From positions 704,001 to 768,000 of the forward strand of contig CBDCOZ010000003.1 in the NCBI GenBank assembly GCA_965220085.1: DNA of 64,000 bases, in the 5' to 3' direction. A model generated the notes under the pieces. The model was not told the origin of the DNA and made no database searches. It saw only the letters and a list, made by a program, of their open reading frames with translations. Positions 53,215-61,983 of the stretch are shown piece by piece; position 1 is the first letter of the stretch, and every line of letters starts with the position of its first letter. This DNA comes from Candidatus Oxydemutatoraceae bacterium (GTDB taxonomy: Bacteria; Pseudomonadota; Gammaproteobacteria; Poriferisulfidales; Oxydemutatoraceae). Made by a program: the position numbers and the translations under genes.

Positions 53215-53547
53215 TGAATAGTGCCAGAAACATTCCGGATTTCTGGCATCAACAAGAAATGTAGCCGACATGCAGTATCAACACATCGGCTACGACAGTT
53301 TGCTATCGCCGCCTATCGTAGTGCTACCGCCGCCTTCTTTGTGAGACCGGTGATGAAAGTCTTTCCCGGCAAGATAGACCAAGCGCTCACCGACAACGGC
53401 TCCGAGTTCTGCGGCATGTCTGATTGCTGCCTGCAACTATCTGCTATGGTTTCACACCCGGCGACCATGCTACGGACTGCAACTTCAAGCGCCCATGACA
53501 CAGCACAGCATTTGCCTCATGTGCCCAACGCACCTTGGCGCCACACA
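53215..53547 (+). mobile_element. Internally deleted IS481 derivative
   Basis: Patchwork of the neighbouring IS left end, TDNGSEFCG segment and right end. Confidence 0.75.
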
Positions 53548-53551
53548 ATAA

Positions 53552-54632
53552 TGCATAATGCCAGAAACATTCTGGATTCTTGGCTTCAACAACAAACGTA
53601 GCCGACATGCAATATCAACACATCGGCCACGGCATCAAAGGTTTCTATAAAATAGCTGCTTTTTCAATAGACGAGGCAACTATGAGCTATAAAGCAAAAC
53701 AGAAACTTGAAGCCCTTATATTATGGGAGAACCACAACATAAAAGCCAGCATGGACGCTTACCACATCAGCAAATCATCGCTCTATGAGTGGCGGAGACA
53801 ATATCGGCTTTATGGCATTAACGGCTTAATCAATCAGAGCACTTGCCCGCGCCAGCCACGCCGGCGCGACTGGCCTGAGGAGATTATCGACGAGATTCGG
53901 CGACACCGCGAAAACTATCCCTACGGCGCACCCAAGATATACCTGCTGATTCAACCGTGGTGTGACGAGCGCGGCTTGCGTTGTCCCAAGCCGCGCACCA
54001 TCGCGCGACTGATTGCCGGCGAAGCCGATAAGATGCGCTGGGTGCCCGCAAAACCGCGTCGGCAACGCACAACGCAAAGCAAGCGCAAGCACCGTCTTAA
54101 AAAGGGTTCCAAGGCCACGTATCCCGGGTATTGCATCGCTATGGATACCGTGCAACGATTTATTCAAGGTCATCGCCGTTATCTGTTCACGGCCGTAGAT
54201 TTGTATAGCCGGTTTGGTTTTGCTATCGGCGTCCCACGTGGCAACAGCATCGCTGCCGAGTTCTTTATGAAGTTGGTGATGCAAGTGTTTCCCGCCAAGA
54301 TAGAGCAAGTGCTCACCGACAACGGCTCCGAATTCTGCGGCGCGTTTGATCGCTGCTTGCAAGAGCAGGGCATCCGGCACTGCTACACGTATCCCAAATG
54401 TCCGAAGATGAACGCATTCAACGAACGCTTTAACCGCACACTCCAGGAAGAGTTTGTGGAGTTTGAAGAGGGTTTGTTGCTGACCGATATTCAGGCATTC
54501 AATGATCGTATGATAGACTATCTGTCATGGTTTAATACCCAACGACCACACTATGGATTGAGGCTCCAAACACCTATGAAACAAATTGCACAACATTTGC
54601 CCAAAGTTTCCAATATGTACTGGCATCATACA
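53552..54632 (+). mobile_element. IS481-family insertion sequence with AATAA target duplication
   Basis: Imperfect IRs tgcataatgccagaaacatt / rc tgtatgatgccagtacatat; AATAA at 53547-53551 and 54633-54637. Confidence 0.85.
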
Positions 54633-54641
54633 AATAATTGA
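53607..54641 (+). CDS. IS481-family DDE transposase
   Basis: HTH N-terminus; MDT, TDNGSEF, ERFNRTLQEEF, N..RPH. Confidence 0.9.
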   Translation: MQYQHIGHGIKGFYKIAAFSIDEATMSYKAKQKLEALILWENHNIKASMDAYHISKSSLYEWRRQYRLYGINGLINQSTCPRQPRRRDWPEEIIDEIRRHRENYPYGAPKIYLLIQPWCDERGLRCPKPRTIARLIAGEADKMRWVPAKPRRQRTTQSKRKHRLKKGSKATYPGYCIAMDTVQRFIQGHRRYLFTAVDLYSRFGFAIGVPRGNSIAAEFFMKLVMQVFPAKIEQVLTDNGSEFCGAFDRCLQEQGIRHCYTYPKCPKMNAFNERFNRTLQEEFVEFEEGLLLTDIQAFNDRMIDYLSWFNTQRPHYGLRLQTPMKQIAQHLPKVSNMYWHHTNN

Positions 54642-54688
54642 CGGTTCGAAAAAGTTTCTATACACTTATAGTATGCGAATCAATTCCG
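54638..54688 (+). promoter_or_regulatory. Promoter TTGACG-N17-TACACT with two CGAA-N5-TTCG-like boxes
   Basis: cgaaaaagtttct (54647-54659) and cgaatcaattccg (54676-54688). Confidence 0.55.
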
Positions 54689-54697
54689 AGATCCACT

Positions 54698-56404
54698 ATG
54701 ATCACTAAACGCCAAAAACAAGTTCTTGACTGCATAGCGCAGTATGGTCAAAAGCACGGCTACAGCCCCTCGCTCGAAGAAGTGGGAGACAAACTCGGCC
54801 TCTCCTCTCTCTCTACTGTGCGCTACCACTTGGAGAAGTTGAAAAAGGCGGGCTATCTGGAAAAAGAGACAAGCAAGCCCCGCTCAATCAACATTGCCAA
54901 ACAAGAAATGGTTCAGGTTCCCATACTCGGAGCGATTGCTGCCGGACGTCCCATTGAAGCGATTACAGATCGCGAGGACACAATAGCCGTATCACGAAGC
55001 AGTATTCCAAGAGGCACGGAAGTTTACGCCCTCAAAGTCAGGGGCGATAGCATGATTGACGAAGATATTTCTGATGGCGATGTTGTGATAGTGCAGCATC
55101 AGCCAACTGCGGATGATGGCGATAGGGTCGTCGCCCTCATTGACAATAGCGAAGCAACATTAAAGAAACTGTACCGCGAGAAAGACAGAATCCGATTGCA
55201 ACCCGCCAATCCCAAACTTCTGCCGATTTATATTGACCCGGAATATTTGCAAATACAAGGGCGTGTTTTAACGGTTGTAAAGACTTCGGAACGAATAAAA
55301 GCGGGCCCTATTTTCAGTACGCCTGTTGCCAAAACCAAAGAGACTCATCAGAGCGCTCTTTTTTTGGCGCCCAAGAACGCCAAATTTCCCTCGACACGTT
55401 TTCAAGGAAGCAAAACAAAGCTGGCGGATAACATTTGGGAATGCATAAAAGATTTAAATTTTCAAGCGCCTTTGGATTTGTTTGGCGGCACAGGAGCGGT
55501 CGGATATATGCTCAAAACCAAAGGCAAGCAAGTTTATTACAACGACTATTTGGCTTTTAACTATCTGACCGGACTCGCTTTGATTGAAAACTCAAAAGAA
55601 ACTCTGAACGACAAAGATTTGGATTTCATACTTTCCAAGCATAGCAACATTGAATACCCAAACTTCATTGAGAAAACTTTTCACGACATTTACTTTACTG
55701 ACGACGAGAACAAATGGCTTGATATTGTATCAACGAATATTCGGCAGGTGAGAGACAAATACAAGCAAGCGCTGGCTTACTTTGCGCTTTTTCAGGCGTG
55801 CATTATCAAGCGCCCGTATAACCTCTTCCATCGCAAAAATTTATATGTCCGTTTTGCGGATGTCGAGAGAAGTTTTGGAAACAAAACGACTTGGGATAAG
55901 CCGTTTGAGAAGCATTTTTTGAAGTTTGTCGGCGAAGCAAACAACGCTGTATTTGATAACGGACAAAAGAACAGCGCGCTAAACAAAAGCGCTTTTAATC
56001 TCGATGCAAAAGCGGACTTGATTTACATTGACACGCCCTATATTTCTAAAAAAGGAATAGGGGTGGATTACATAGGTTTTTATCACTTTCTTGAAGGGCT
56101 GAGTGATTATCAAAATTGGTACAAGCATATTAATTTCGATAGCAAACATAGAAAATTCAAAAACAAAAAGTCTGTCTGGTCTGACAAAAATAAAATTACC
56201 GACGCTTTTGACAGACTTTTTGCAAAATACAAAGAGTCTGTTCTTGTTGTTTCCTATCGCTCGGATGGCATTCCGTCACCGGAAACGTTGCAAAGTCTCA
56301 TGAAGCAATACAAAAGGAATGTGTACGAAGCATTTCGCAGCGAGTACAAGTATGCTTTAAGCAAAAATGGCGACTCAAAAGAAATACTGCTGATTGGCAG
56401 ATAA
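54698..56404 (+). CDS. LexA repressor fused to N6-adenine DNA methyltransferase (D12/FokI-like)
   Basis: LexA wHTH, IAAG.P cleavage site, GDSM, EATLKK; then RFQGSK, DLFGGTG, IYIDTPY. Confidence 0.88.
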   Translation: MITKRQKQVLDCIAQYGQKHGYSPSLEEVGDKLGLSSLSTVRYHLEKLKKAGYLEKETSKPRSINIAKQEMVQVPILGAIAAGRPIEAITDREDTIAVSRSSIPRGTEVYALKVRGDSMIDEDISDGDVVIVQHQPTADDGDRVVALIDNSEATLKKLYREKDRIRLQPANPKLLPIYIDPEYLQIQGRVLTVVKTSERIKAGPIFSTPVAKTKETHQSALFLAPKNAKFPSTRFQGSKTKLADNIWECIKDLNFQAPLDLFGGTGAVGYMLKTKGKQVYYNDYLAFNYLTGLALIENSKETLNDKDLDFILSKHSNIEYPNFIEKTFHDIYFTDDENKWLDIVSTNIRQVRDKYKQALAYFALFQACIIKRPYNLFHRKNLYVRFADVERSFGNKTTWDKPFEKHFLKFVGEANNAVFDNGQKNSALNKSAFNLDAKADLIYIDTPYISKKGIGVDYIGFYHFLEGLSDYQNWYKHINFDSKHRKFKNKKSVWSDKNKITDAFDRLFAKYKESVLVVSYRSDGIPSPETLQSLMKQYKRNVYEAFRSEYKYALSKNGDSKEILLIGR

Positions 56405-56406
56405 GT

Positions 56407-57153
56407 TTACTTTTGCTTTTCTTTCCACTCAAGGTACTCCTTGATGTTTCTGTAGGGTTGCTCTTTGCCTTGGTCGCGCGCGACTTTTTTCTGCACAAAA
56501 TTGCGCCAGTAGTCCTCAAAGACCGCTTCGCCGTATTTTGCAAATGGCCCGGCGCCTTTTTCCAGCCGTTTAATTTCCGTAACAGAGCCGATATTTGCGG
56601 TATTGCCGTTGCCGAGATATTCGGAAGAGATTTTGTATTTCGGCTGGACAATGATTTCTATGTCTTTTATCGCAGATTCTATTTCATCCATTTTATCGAT
56701 AGGGGCAATGCTGACTTCCACATCACCGACGCGAGAATAAATAAATCCCAAAATCCAATGTTCCTTGTACTCGTCATATGGGAACATGATATTTTTTGTC
56801 GGATTGCGCAGGTAGCCGGCATAGGAACCGAGAGTAAATCCGGTTACTCGCTTGTCATTTTTGCGATAGGCGCTTTTCACATCCAAAGCAATCTTGGATT
56901 TGTCGGGCATTATGAAAGTAAAATCAGGGTAAACCGTTTGCCTGTCGGATTCAAGCGCTTCAAGATTGTGAGACGCTGCCATATCCAAAATGATAGGCGC
57001 AGTCACCAACTCAAAAACTTTGGAGATGAACTTGGCGTCATTATTGATCGTATAGATACGCTTCTGCGAATCAATAATGCCTTTAATGTCCCAGCCCAAC
57101 CCAATCTTATTTACTTCTTCTTCAAGAATTGTTTTGATGTCACATTTTTTCAT
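56407..57153 (-). CDS. Type II restriction endonuclease, EcoRV family
   Basis: YPDFT...IALDVK, FTLGSY, NPTKNI.FPY..Y..HWILG, GNGNTANIGS. Confidence 0.88.
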   Translation of the reverse strand: MKKCDIKTILEEEVNKIGLGWDIKGIIDSQKRIYTINNDAKFISKVFELVTAPIILDMAASHNLEALESDRQTVYPDFTFIMPDKSKIALDVKSAYRKNDKRVTGFTLGSYAGYLRNPTKNIMFPYDEYKEHWILGFIYSRVGDVEVSIAPIDKMDEIESAIKDIEIIVQPKYKISSEYLGNGNTANIGSVTEIKRLEKGAGPFAKYGEAVFEDYWRNFVQKKVARDQGKEQPYRNIKEYLEWKEKQK

Positions 57154-57157
57154 GATT

Positions 57158-57364
57158 TTACGAAAGCAACTCGGACGGCTTTACGCCTAACGCTTTGGCT
57201 ATTTTCCCAATATTCTCAACGGAAACATTGCGCTCACCGCGTTCAATATCGCTCATATATGTGCGGTGCAAACCCGATCTGGAAGCCAGTTCCTCCTGCG
57301 AGTACCCCCCGCGCTGGCGCAGTTCTTTAACTTTCCGCCCTAATTTTTTCTTTATATCCGTCAT
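57158..57364 (-). CDS. R-M controller (C) protein, XRE HTH
   Basis: SQEELA..SGLHRTY.S.IERGERN; directly upstream of REase; ACTTATAGTCTGTAG C-box-like sequence upstream. Confidence 0.88.
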   Translation of the reverse strand: MTDIKKKLGRKVKELRQRGGYSQEELASRSGLHRTYMSDIERGERNVSVENIGKIAKALGVKPSELLS

Positions 57365-57765
57365 ACAAAGTCTGGTAACTTATTGGCTACATACTATACC
57401 TTCGCGTAAAAATGTATCTACAGACTATAAGTAACATAGCGCTTTACGCAAATCACAAGGTAGCGGAGCCCCCTGAGACATGTCAGGCATTGCGTTCAAA
57501 ATGGGTTCGCATAAAGAATCTTGAGCGTCGCAAAGCGAGACTCAAAAATTTGCCATAAGAATCAAAGACGGCGAGGCGCGAAGGAGCCCCTATTTCAATG
57601 GCGCAATACCCAAAGAAAAGAGGGTTATGCCCCCTCATTCGTTCGCGATACCTGTCCGGTGTTGCTTTATGCTCGTCCTCATCTGTATGCGACATCTAAT
57701 TCTCTATATTTTCTATCACCTGCCTGAGCCTCTGCCTCTGCTGTGGGAAATGTCGATTCAGATAA

Positions 57766-58062
57766 TCAATTATCTCTTGTAAAAAGCTTTTTTATAGCGT
57801 CGTTTAGTTGGGCTTTGGTTAATTGGGATTTGGCTTTATCAGAAAAACCGCACGCATACGTAAGATTATCTCTACACTTTTTTGAGATTAGCAGTTCACT
57901 CACAGACTTTACTTTTTTGAGCTCTCTATAAAAATCCTTTGCTTCTTTTACAAACGGATCCGCCCTTTTGGTTTTTTGCATAGCCTGCTCAAGAAATCCG
58001 TCACAAATAGCCTGAGGTTTGGTTTGCAGGTCTGTTGCTGATTTTATAAATTTAGGAGTCAT
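57766..58062 (-). pseudogene. Truncated AvaI/BsoBI-family restriction endonuclease (N-terminal 98 aa)
   Basis: IKSATDLQT...GFL.QA..K.KRADPFV..A...GFSDKAKSQLT resembles the BsoBI N-terminus as I recall it; stops early. Confidence 0.65.
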
Positions 58063-58067
58063 GCTTG

Positions 58068-58277
58068 CTAATCAAAGAAGTCACCTATGCTAATTTTTAG
58101 CGCCTTGGCAATTTTTCCAATATTCTCAAGAGTTATATTTTTTTCTGCTCGCTCAATCATTCCGACATATGTGCGATGAACGCCGGCGAGCGAAGCAAGT
58201 TGTTCCTGCGAAAGCTCTTGTTTTGTCCTTTCTTCTCGGACCCTATTGCCAAACTTTATGAGGATTTCTTTTTTCAT
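58068..58277 (-). CDS. R-M controller (C) protein, XRE HTH
   Basis: LSQEQLA..AGVHRTYVGMIERAEKNITL; upstream AATCATAGTATGTAGAACTAAAGT resembles a PvuII-type C-box. Confidence 0.88.
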   Translation of the reverse strand: MKKEILIKFGNRVREERTKQELSQEQLASLAGVHRTYVGMIERAEKNITLENIGKIAKALKISIGDFFD

Positions 58278-58633
58278 AATTGATAACTATAGTTACATGC
58301 TAACTTTAGTTCTACATACTATGATTAGCATATGCTTTTGTTAACAATAGCAACGGATTAAGCCGAAAATTTTCTTCTCCTTCCTTCCGCCTTGCGGCAG
58401 GGGCGCACAAAAATGAGATGAAAGTTTTTAGATTTGCGCCGCGACCGGAGCGAGGGCGGCTAAGGCGCGGCGGGGTTATCGTTGTTCTCGCCCCGCAGGG
58501 CGCGAGATACTGCGCAGGCTTTGCTTGCCTCCGTTTTTAACCGCTTAAAAAACTTGTGGCTTTTGCCCGCACAATGTTTGAGCTTCGTCCCTCAACACCG
58601 CCAACCCTCGTTCGCTTGGAGCAAAGCGCAGAT

Positions 58634-58723
58634 TGGCGGAGAGGGAGGGATTCGAACCCCCGGTGGGCGCAAACCCACAACGGTTTTCAAGACCGCCGCT
58701 TTCGACCACTCAGCCACCTCTCC
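58634..58723 (-). tRNA. tRNA-Ser(TGA)
   Basis: GGAGAGG acceptor, gcggt-CTTGAAA-accgt, long variable arm, CCA. Confidence 0.95.
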
Positions 58724-58771
58724 GCAAGGCAAGGTATTCTAGCACTCAGGAGGTTGCGGTATGCAAGGTGC

Positions 58772-58801
58772 TGTATGATGCCATGACATATTGGACACTA
58801 A
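58772..58801 (+). mobile_element. Isolated IS481 terminal repeat
   Basis: tgtatgatgccatgacatattggacact resembles rc of the IS right end tgtatgatgccagtacatattggaaact. Confidence 0.6.
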
Positions 58802-58916
58802 CTTTATATTGACTGCCTTTGCAATTCTCTTGGGAGCTCACTCCTTTTTCATTTGTGGTTATGTGGCGATTCGCTTTGGCATTCTCTTGAAATAAAATAA
58901 TACGGATGGAAACTGT

Positions 58917-58969
58917 TTGCATGTTCGATATATTTTCGATTATGATTAGCATATCGAAAATATATCGAA
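58917..58969 (+). promoter_or_regulatory. Promoter TTGCAT-N18-TATGAT with perfect 17-bp inverted repeat (two CGAA-N5-TTCG-like boxes)
   Basis: ttcgatatattttcgat (58924-58940) / atcgaaaatatatcgaa (58953-58969). Confidence 0.65.
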
Positions 58970-58987
58970 ACTGAGCCAATCAATACT

Positions 58988-60853
58988 ATGCTTACAAAAC
59001 GCCAAAAAGAGGTTCTGGATTTTGTTAAATCTTACAAGAAAAAGAACCGATACGCTCCTTCATTAAATGATGTAAAGGAGCATCTAAAGCTCTCTTCCGT
59101 TTCTACTGCGCATTATCATGTAAAAAGATTGCAAGAGGGAGGGTATTTGCAAAAAGAATATAACCAAGCGAGATCGATTTCCGCAGTAAAGTCAAAACAG
59201 TCCGTAGAGATTCCCATTTCAGGGACCATTGCGGCAGGACGGCCAATTGAAGCAATAGAAGTTCCTGGCGAAACAATCACTGTTACGAAAAATGAAGTTG
59301 GGAGATTTGGAAAGCATTATGCTTTGCGCGCCTCGGGAAGCAGCATGATTGATGAGGGCATTTTTGACGGAGATATTGTTGTTATTCGTCAAGAACAAAC
59401 TGCAGACGATGGGCAAACTGTCGTGGCTATAATAAATGACAATGAAGCAACGCTTAAAAAACTATACAGGGAAAAAGATCGTTTTCGCCTCCAGCCAGCC
59501 AATCCAAGATTGTTTCCAATTTATACAGACGAAGCAGAGGTGCGGGGCGTTGTAGTAAAAATTATCCGAAACCTTGAATCCCAAACTGAAAAGGAGAAGG
59601 TATCAGACAATAAATTAAGTCGCCGAATTGATTATTCGTGGGACTTTAAAGGTGTCAAAACAAAATCTCATACGCATATATTTCACACTTACCCTGCAAT
59701 GTTTATCCCCCAAGTTGCGCGTCGACTTTTGTTAACCTACACCAAAAAAGGAGATACGGTTTGTGATATTTTTTGTGGTTCGGGAACCGCGCTTGTTGAG
59801 AGCCGGTTGGCCGGGCGCAATTCATATGGAATAGACCTTAACCCGCTTGCAGTATTTTTAGCAACAGTTAAAACAACCGTTATCGATCCCAATAAATTAT
59901 CGTCTGAATACATAAAGTTGCTTGCTCGAATAAGGAAAACAAAGATAGGCGAAAACGAAGCGCCTCAATTTAATAATATAGAGTTTTGGTTTAAAGAAAA
60001 TGTAATTATAGAATTGGCTAAAATTAAAAAAGCCATAAGCGAAACAAAAGATGCGAATGTGAAAAACTTTTTTATGGTTGCTTTTAGCGAAATAGTCAGA
60101 AAGTCTTCAAACTCAAAAAACGGAGAGTTTAAATTAGTCAGAATAAAAGGTGAAAAATTGAGAAAATTTAATCCGGATGTTCTGGGGTTATTTAGCCAAA
60201 AAGCTGAGGCAAATATCATGGGCATGTCTGGCTTCTATGATGATGTTGATAAGAAATCATGGACGAAGACTATTTTAGGGGATTCGTCAAAGGGCAACGG
60301 CATCAAAGGGGATTCTATTGATTGTATTATCACATCTCCGCCATACGGAGACAGTCGCACAACTGTTGCTTATGGCCAATTCTCACGCCTCTCCGCACAA
60401 TGGGTTAATCTGTTTGAAGAGCCTAACAATGCTTCGGGAGTAGATAATGATTTGCTTGGGGGAAAGACAACGAAGAGGTTGGAGCATAAACTCTCATCAA
60501 AATATTTGCTGGAGGCTTTGGATAGGATTTCCAGAAAAGATGAGAAGAGGGCGAGAGAGGTTTTGAGTTTTAATTTGGGATTAAACGACTGCTTAAAACA
60601 AGCCTATGAAATGTTAAAGCCGAAGGGATATTTTTGTATTGTAATAGGGAATAGACAAGTTAAACAAGTCAGAATCCCTACGGACTTTATCATTGCTGAG
60701 ATGGCTCAAGAAGCCGGTTTCACTTGTGAGGATATTTCTGTCAGAAATATACCAGGCAAACGAATGCCAATTAAGAATTCTCCAACAAATATTGCCGGAG
60801 ATTTAGAAGAAACAATGACCAAAGAAAGTATTGTTATTTTGAGGAAAAACTAA
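58988..60853 (+). CDS. LexA repressor fused to N4-cytosine DNA methyltransferase (M.MvaI-like)
   Basis: LexA wHTH, IAAG.P, GSSM, EATLKK; then H.YPAMFIPQ, DIFCGSGT, ITSPPYGDSRTTVAYGQFS. Confidence 0.88.
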   Translation: MLTKRQKEVLDFVKSYKKKNRYAPSLNDVKEHLKLSSVSTAHYHVKRLQEGGYLQKEYNQARSISAVKSKQSVEIPISGTIAAGRPIEAIEVPGETITVTKNEVGRFGKHYALRASGSSMIDEGIFDGDIVVIRQEQTADDGQTVVAIINDNEATLKKLYREKDRFRLQPANPRLFPIYTDEAEVRGVVVKIIRNLESQTEKEKVSDNKLSRRIDYSWDFKGVKTKSHTHIFHTYPAMFIPQVARRLLLTYTKKGDTVCDIFCGSGTALVESRLAGRNSYGIDLNPLAVFLATVKTTVIDPNKLSSEYIKLLARIRKTKIGENEAPQFNNIEFWFKENVIIELAKIKKAISETKDANVKNFFMVAFSEIVRKSSNSKNGEFKLVRIKGEKLRKFNPDVLGLFSQKAEANIMGMSGFYDDVDKKSWTKTILGDSSKGNGIKGDSIDCIITSPPYGDSRTTVAYGQFSRLSAQWVNLFEEPNNASGVDNDLLGGKTTKRLEHKLSSKYLLEALDRISRKDEKRAREVLSFNLGLNDCLKQAYEMLKPKGYFCIVIGNRQVKQVRIPTDFIIAEMAQEAGFTCEDISVRNIPGKRMPIKNSPTNIAGDLEETMTKESIVILRKN

Positions 60854-61551
60854 ACAATCTTCACTCTCTTGTCAAAACAATTATAAAGTTGTCTGGTTTT
60901 CACTCTGAAGCCGGTGCCGTGGTTGCGCACAGATCCGTTCGGACGGTAATACATCCTAAAATCAACAACAATGGCATCCTTTTTCACCATGTTTTTGAAG
61001 CGCGCAAAACCAAAACCCTCTAAGAAGTATGCTTCGTTGAAATGAAAATGTTCGGTTCCTTTTATTTCCTTTGAATCAGCCAGAGCATAGACAAGCGCCG
61101 GAAGTTTGGTCTCAAATTTTCTCTTCAAGTCTTCCATATTCCAGCAGATATTTAGTCTTTCCCCCCTGCCAACAACGCGAACTTTATCCCTTTCAACTTT
61201 AAGCTTTAGCCCTTGATTATTATATCGTTTGCAAGAAAGAGAGCTGTGCAGTTCTTTGGATCGTCCATTTTCTCTTTTTGAATATCCAAAATTATTAAGC
61301 AGTATTCGGTTGCGATTGCCGCCTTTGGGTTGTGGTTCAAGAGTAAACAGAGTTAGCATTGACGTTGCATTTTTTCGGCACGTCTTGAGTTCGGCAATCT
61401 CACCAATGTCGGGAAGCGGAATATTATTTTCTTTTATTTTAAGCAAATCTTCGAGAGTTTTGCCAATTCCCGTATCCCCCTTGCGGTGCGTTTTAACAAA
61501 GCCAAGAGATTCTATTCTATTCAGTTTCTTTTTGAGCTGGTTTAGTGTCAT
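60850..61551 (-). CDS. Type II restriction endonuclease, MvaI/BcnI family
   Basis: GDTGIGKTLEDLL.I.ENN...PD...ELK..R, LTLFT.EP, RNHGTGFR. Confidence 0.88.
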   Translation of the reverse strand: MTLNQLKKKLNRIESLGFVKTHRKGDTGIGKTLEDLLKIKENNIPLPDIGEIAELKTCRKNATSMLTLFTLEPQPKGGNRNRILLNNFGYSKRENGRSKELHSSLSCKRYNNQGLKLKVERDKVRVVGRGERLNICWNMEDLKRKFETKLPALVYALADSKEIKGTEHFHFNEAYFLEGFGFARFKNMVKKDAIVVDFRMYYRPNGSVRNHGTGFRVKTRQLYNCFDKRVKIV

Positions 61552-61552
61552 G

Positions 61553-61774
61553 TTACTTCACAAAATAATCCAAGGGCTTTTTATATAACCTGGCAAACTC
61601 TTTTAGTTGCAGCACATCAAAACGCCTCTGCCCTGATTCAATTTTGGAAATATAGGACTGTGTTCGGCCAATAGCTTTCGCTGCCTGCGCCTGATCCAAG
61701 CCCGCTTCAAAGCGCGCCTTTTTCAGACGCTTCACAATCTTTTGGTGCTCTTCCTTGTATATTGCTCGTGGCAT
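61553..61774 (-). CDS. XRE-family HTH regulator (controller-like)
   Basis: LDQ..AA..IGRTQSYISKIESGQRR; TATTCC-N5-GGAATA palindrome upstream (61791-61807). Confidence 0.85.
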   Translation of the reverse strand: MPRAIYKEEHQKIVKRLKKARFEAGLDQAQAAKAIGRTQSYISKIESGQRRFDVLQLKEFARLYKKPLDYFVK

Positions 61775-61893
61775 ATGCCTCAAGATTTAATATTCCATTT
61801 AGGAATATTCCAAAATGTCATATAGTATCTATGTGATGAGATGGTGTGCCACTTTGCGACACTGTTCGGCGGTTTCGGGCAGAAAGCGCAGAT

Positions 61894-61983
61894 TGGCGGA
61901 GAGGGAGGGATTCGAACCCCCGGTGGGCGCAAACCCACAACGGTTTTCAAGACCGCCGCTTTCGACCACTCAGCCACCTCTCC
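61894..61983 (-). tRNA. tRNA-Ser(TGA)
   Basis: Identical to 58634..58723. Confidence 0.95.

Noticed and set aside
58320-58954. 14-bp identity tatgattagcatat at 58320 and 58941
   Set aside because: Short, AT-rich and in different functional contexts; plausibly chance.
54698-59580. Calling either fusion the host SOS repressor lexA
   Set aside because: Both lie in AT-rich R-M cassettes, are fused to MTases and lack CTGT-N8-ACAG boxes.
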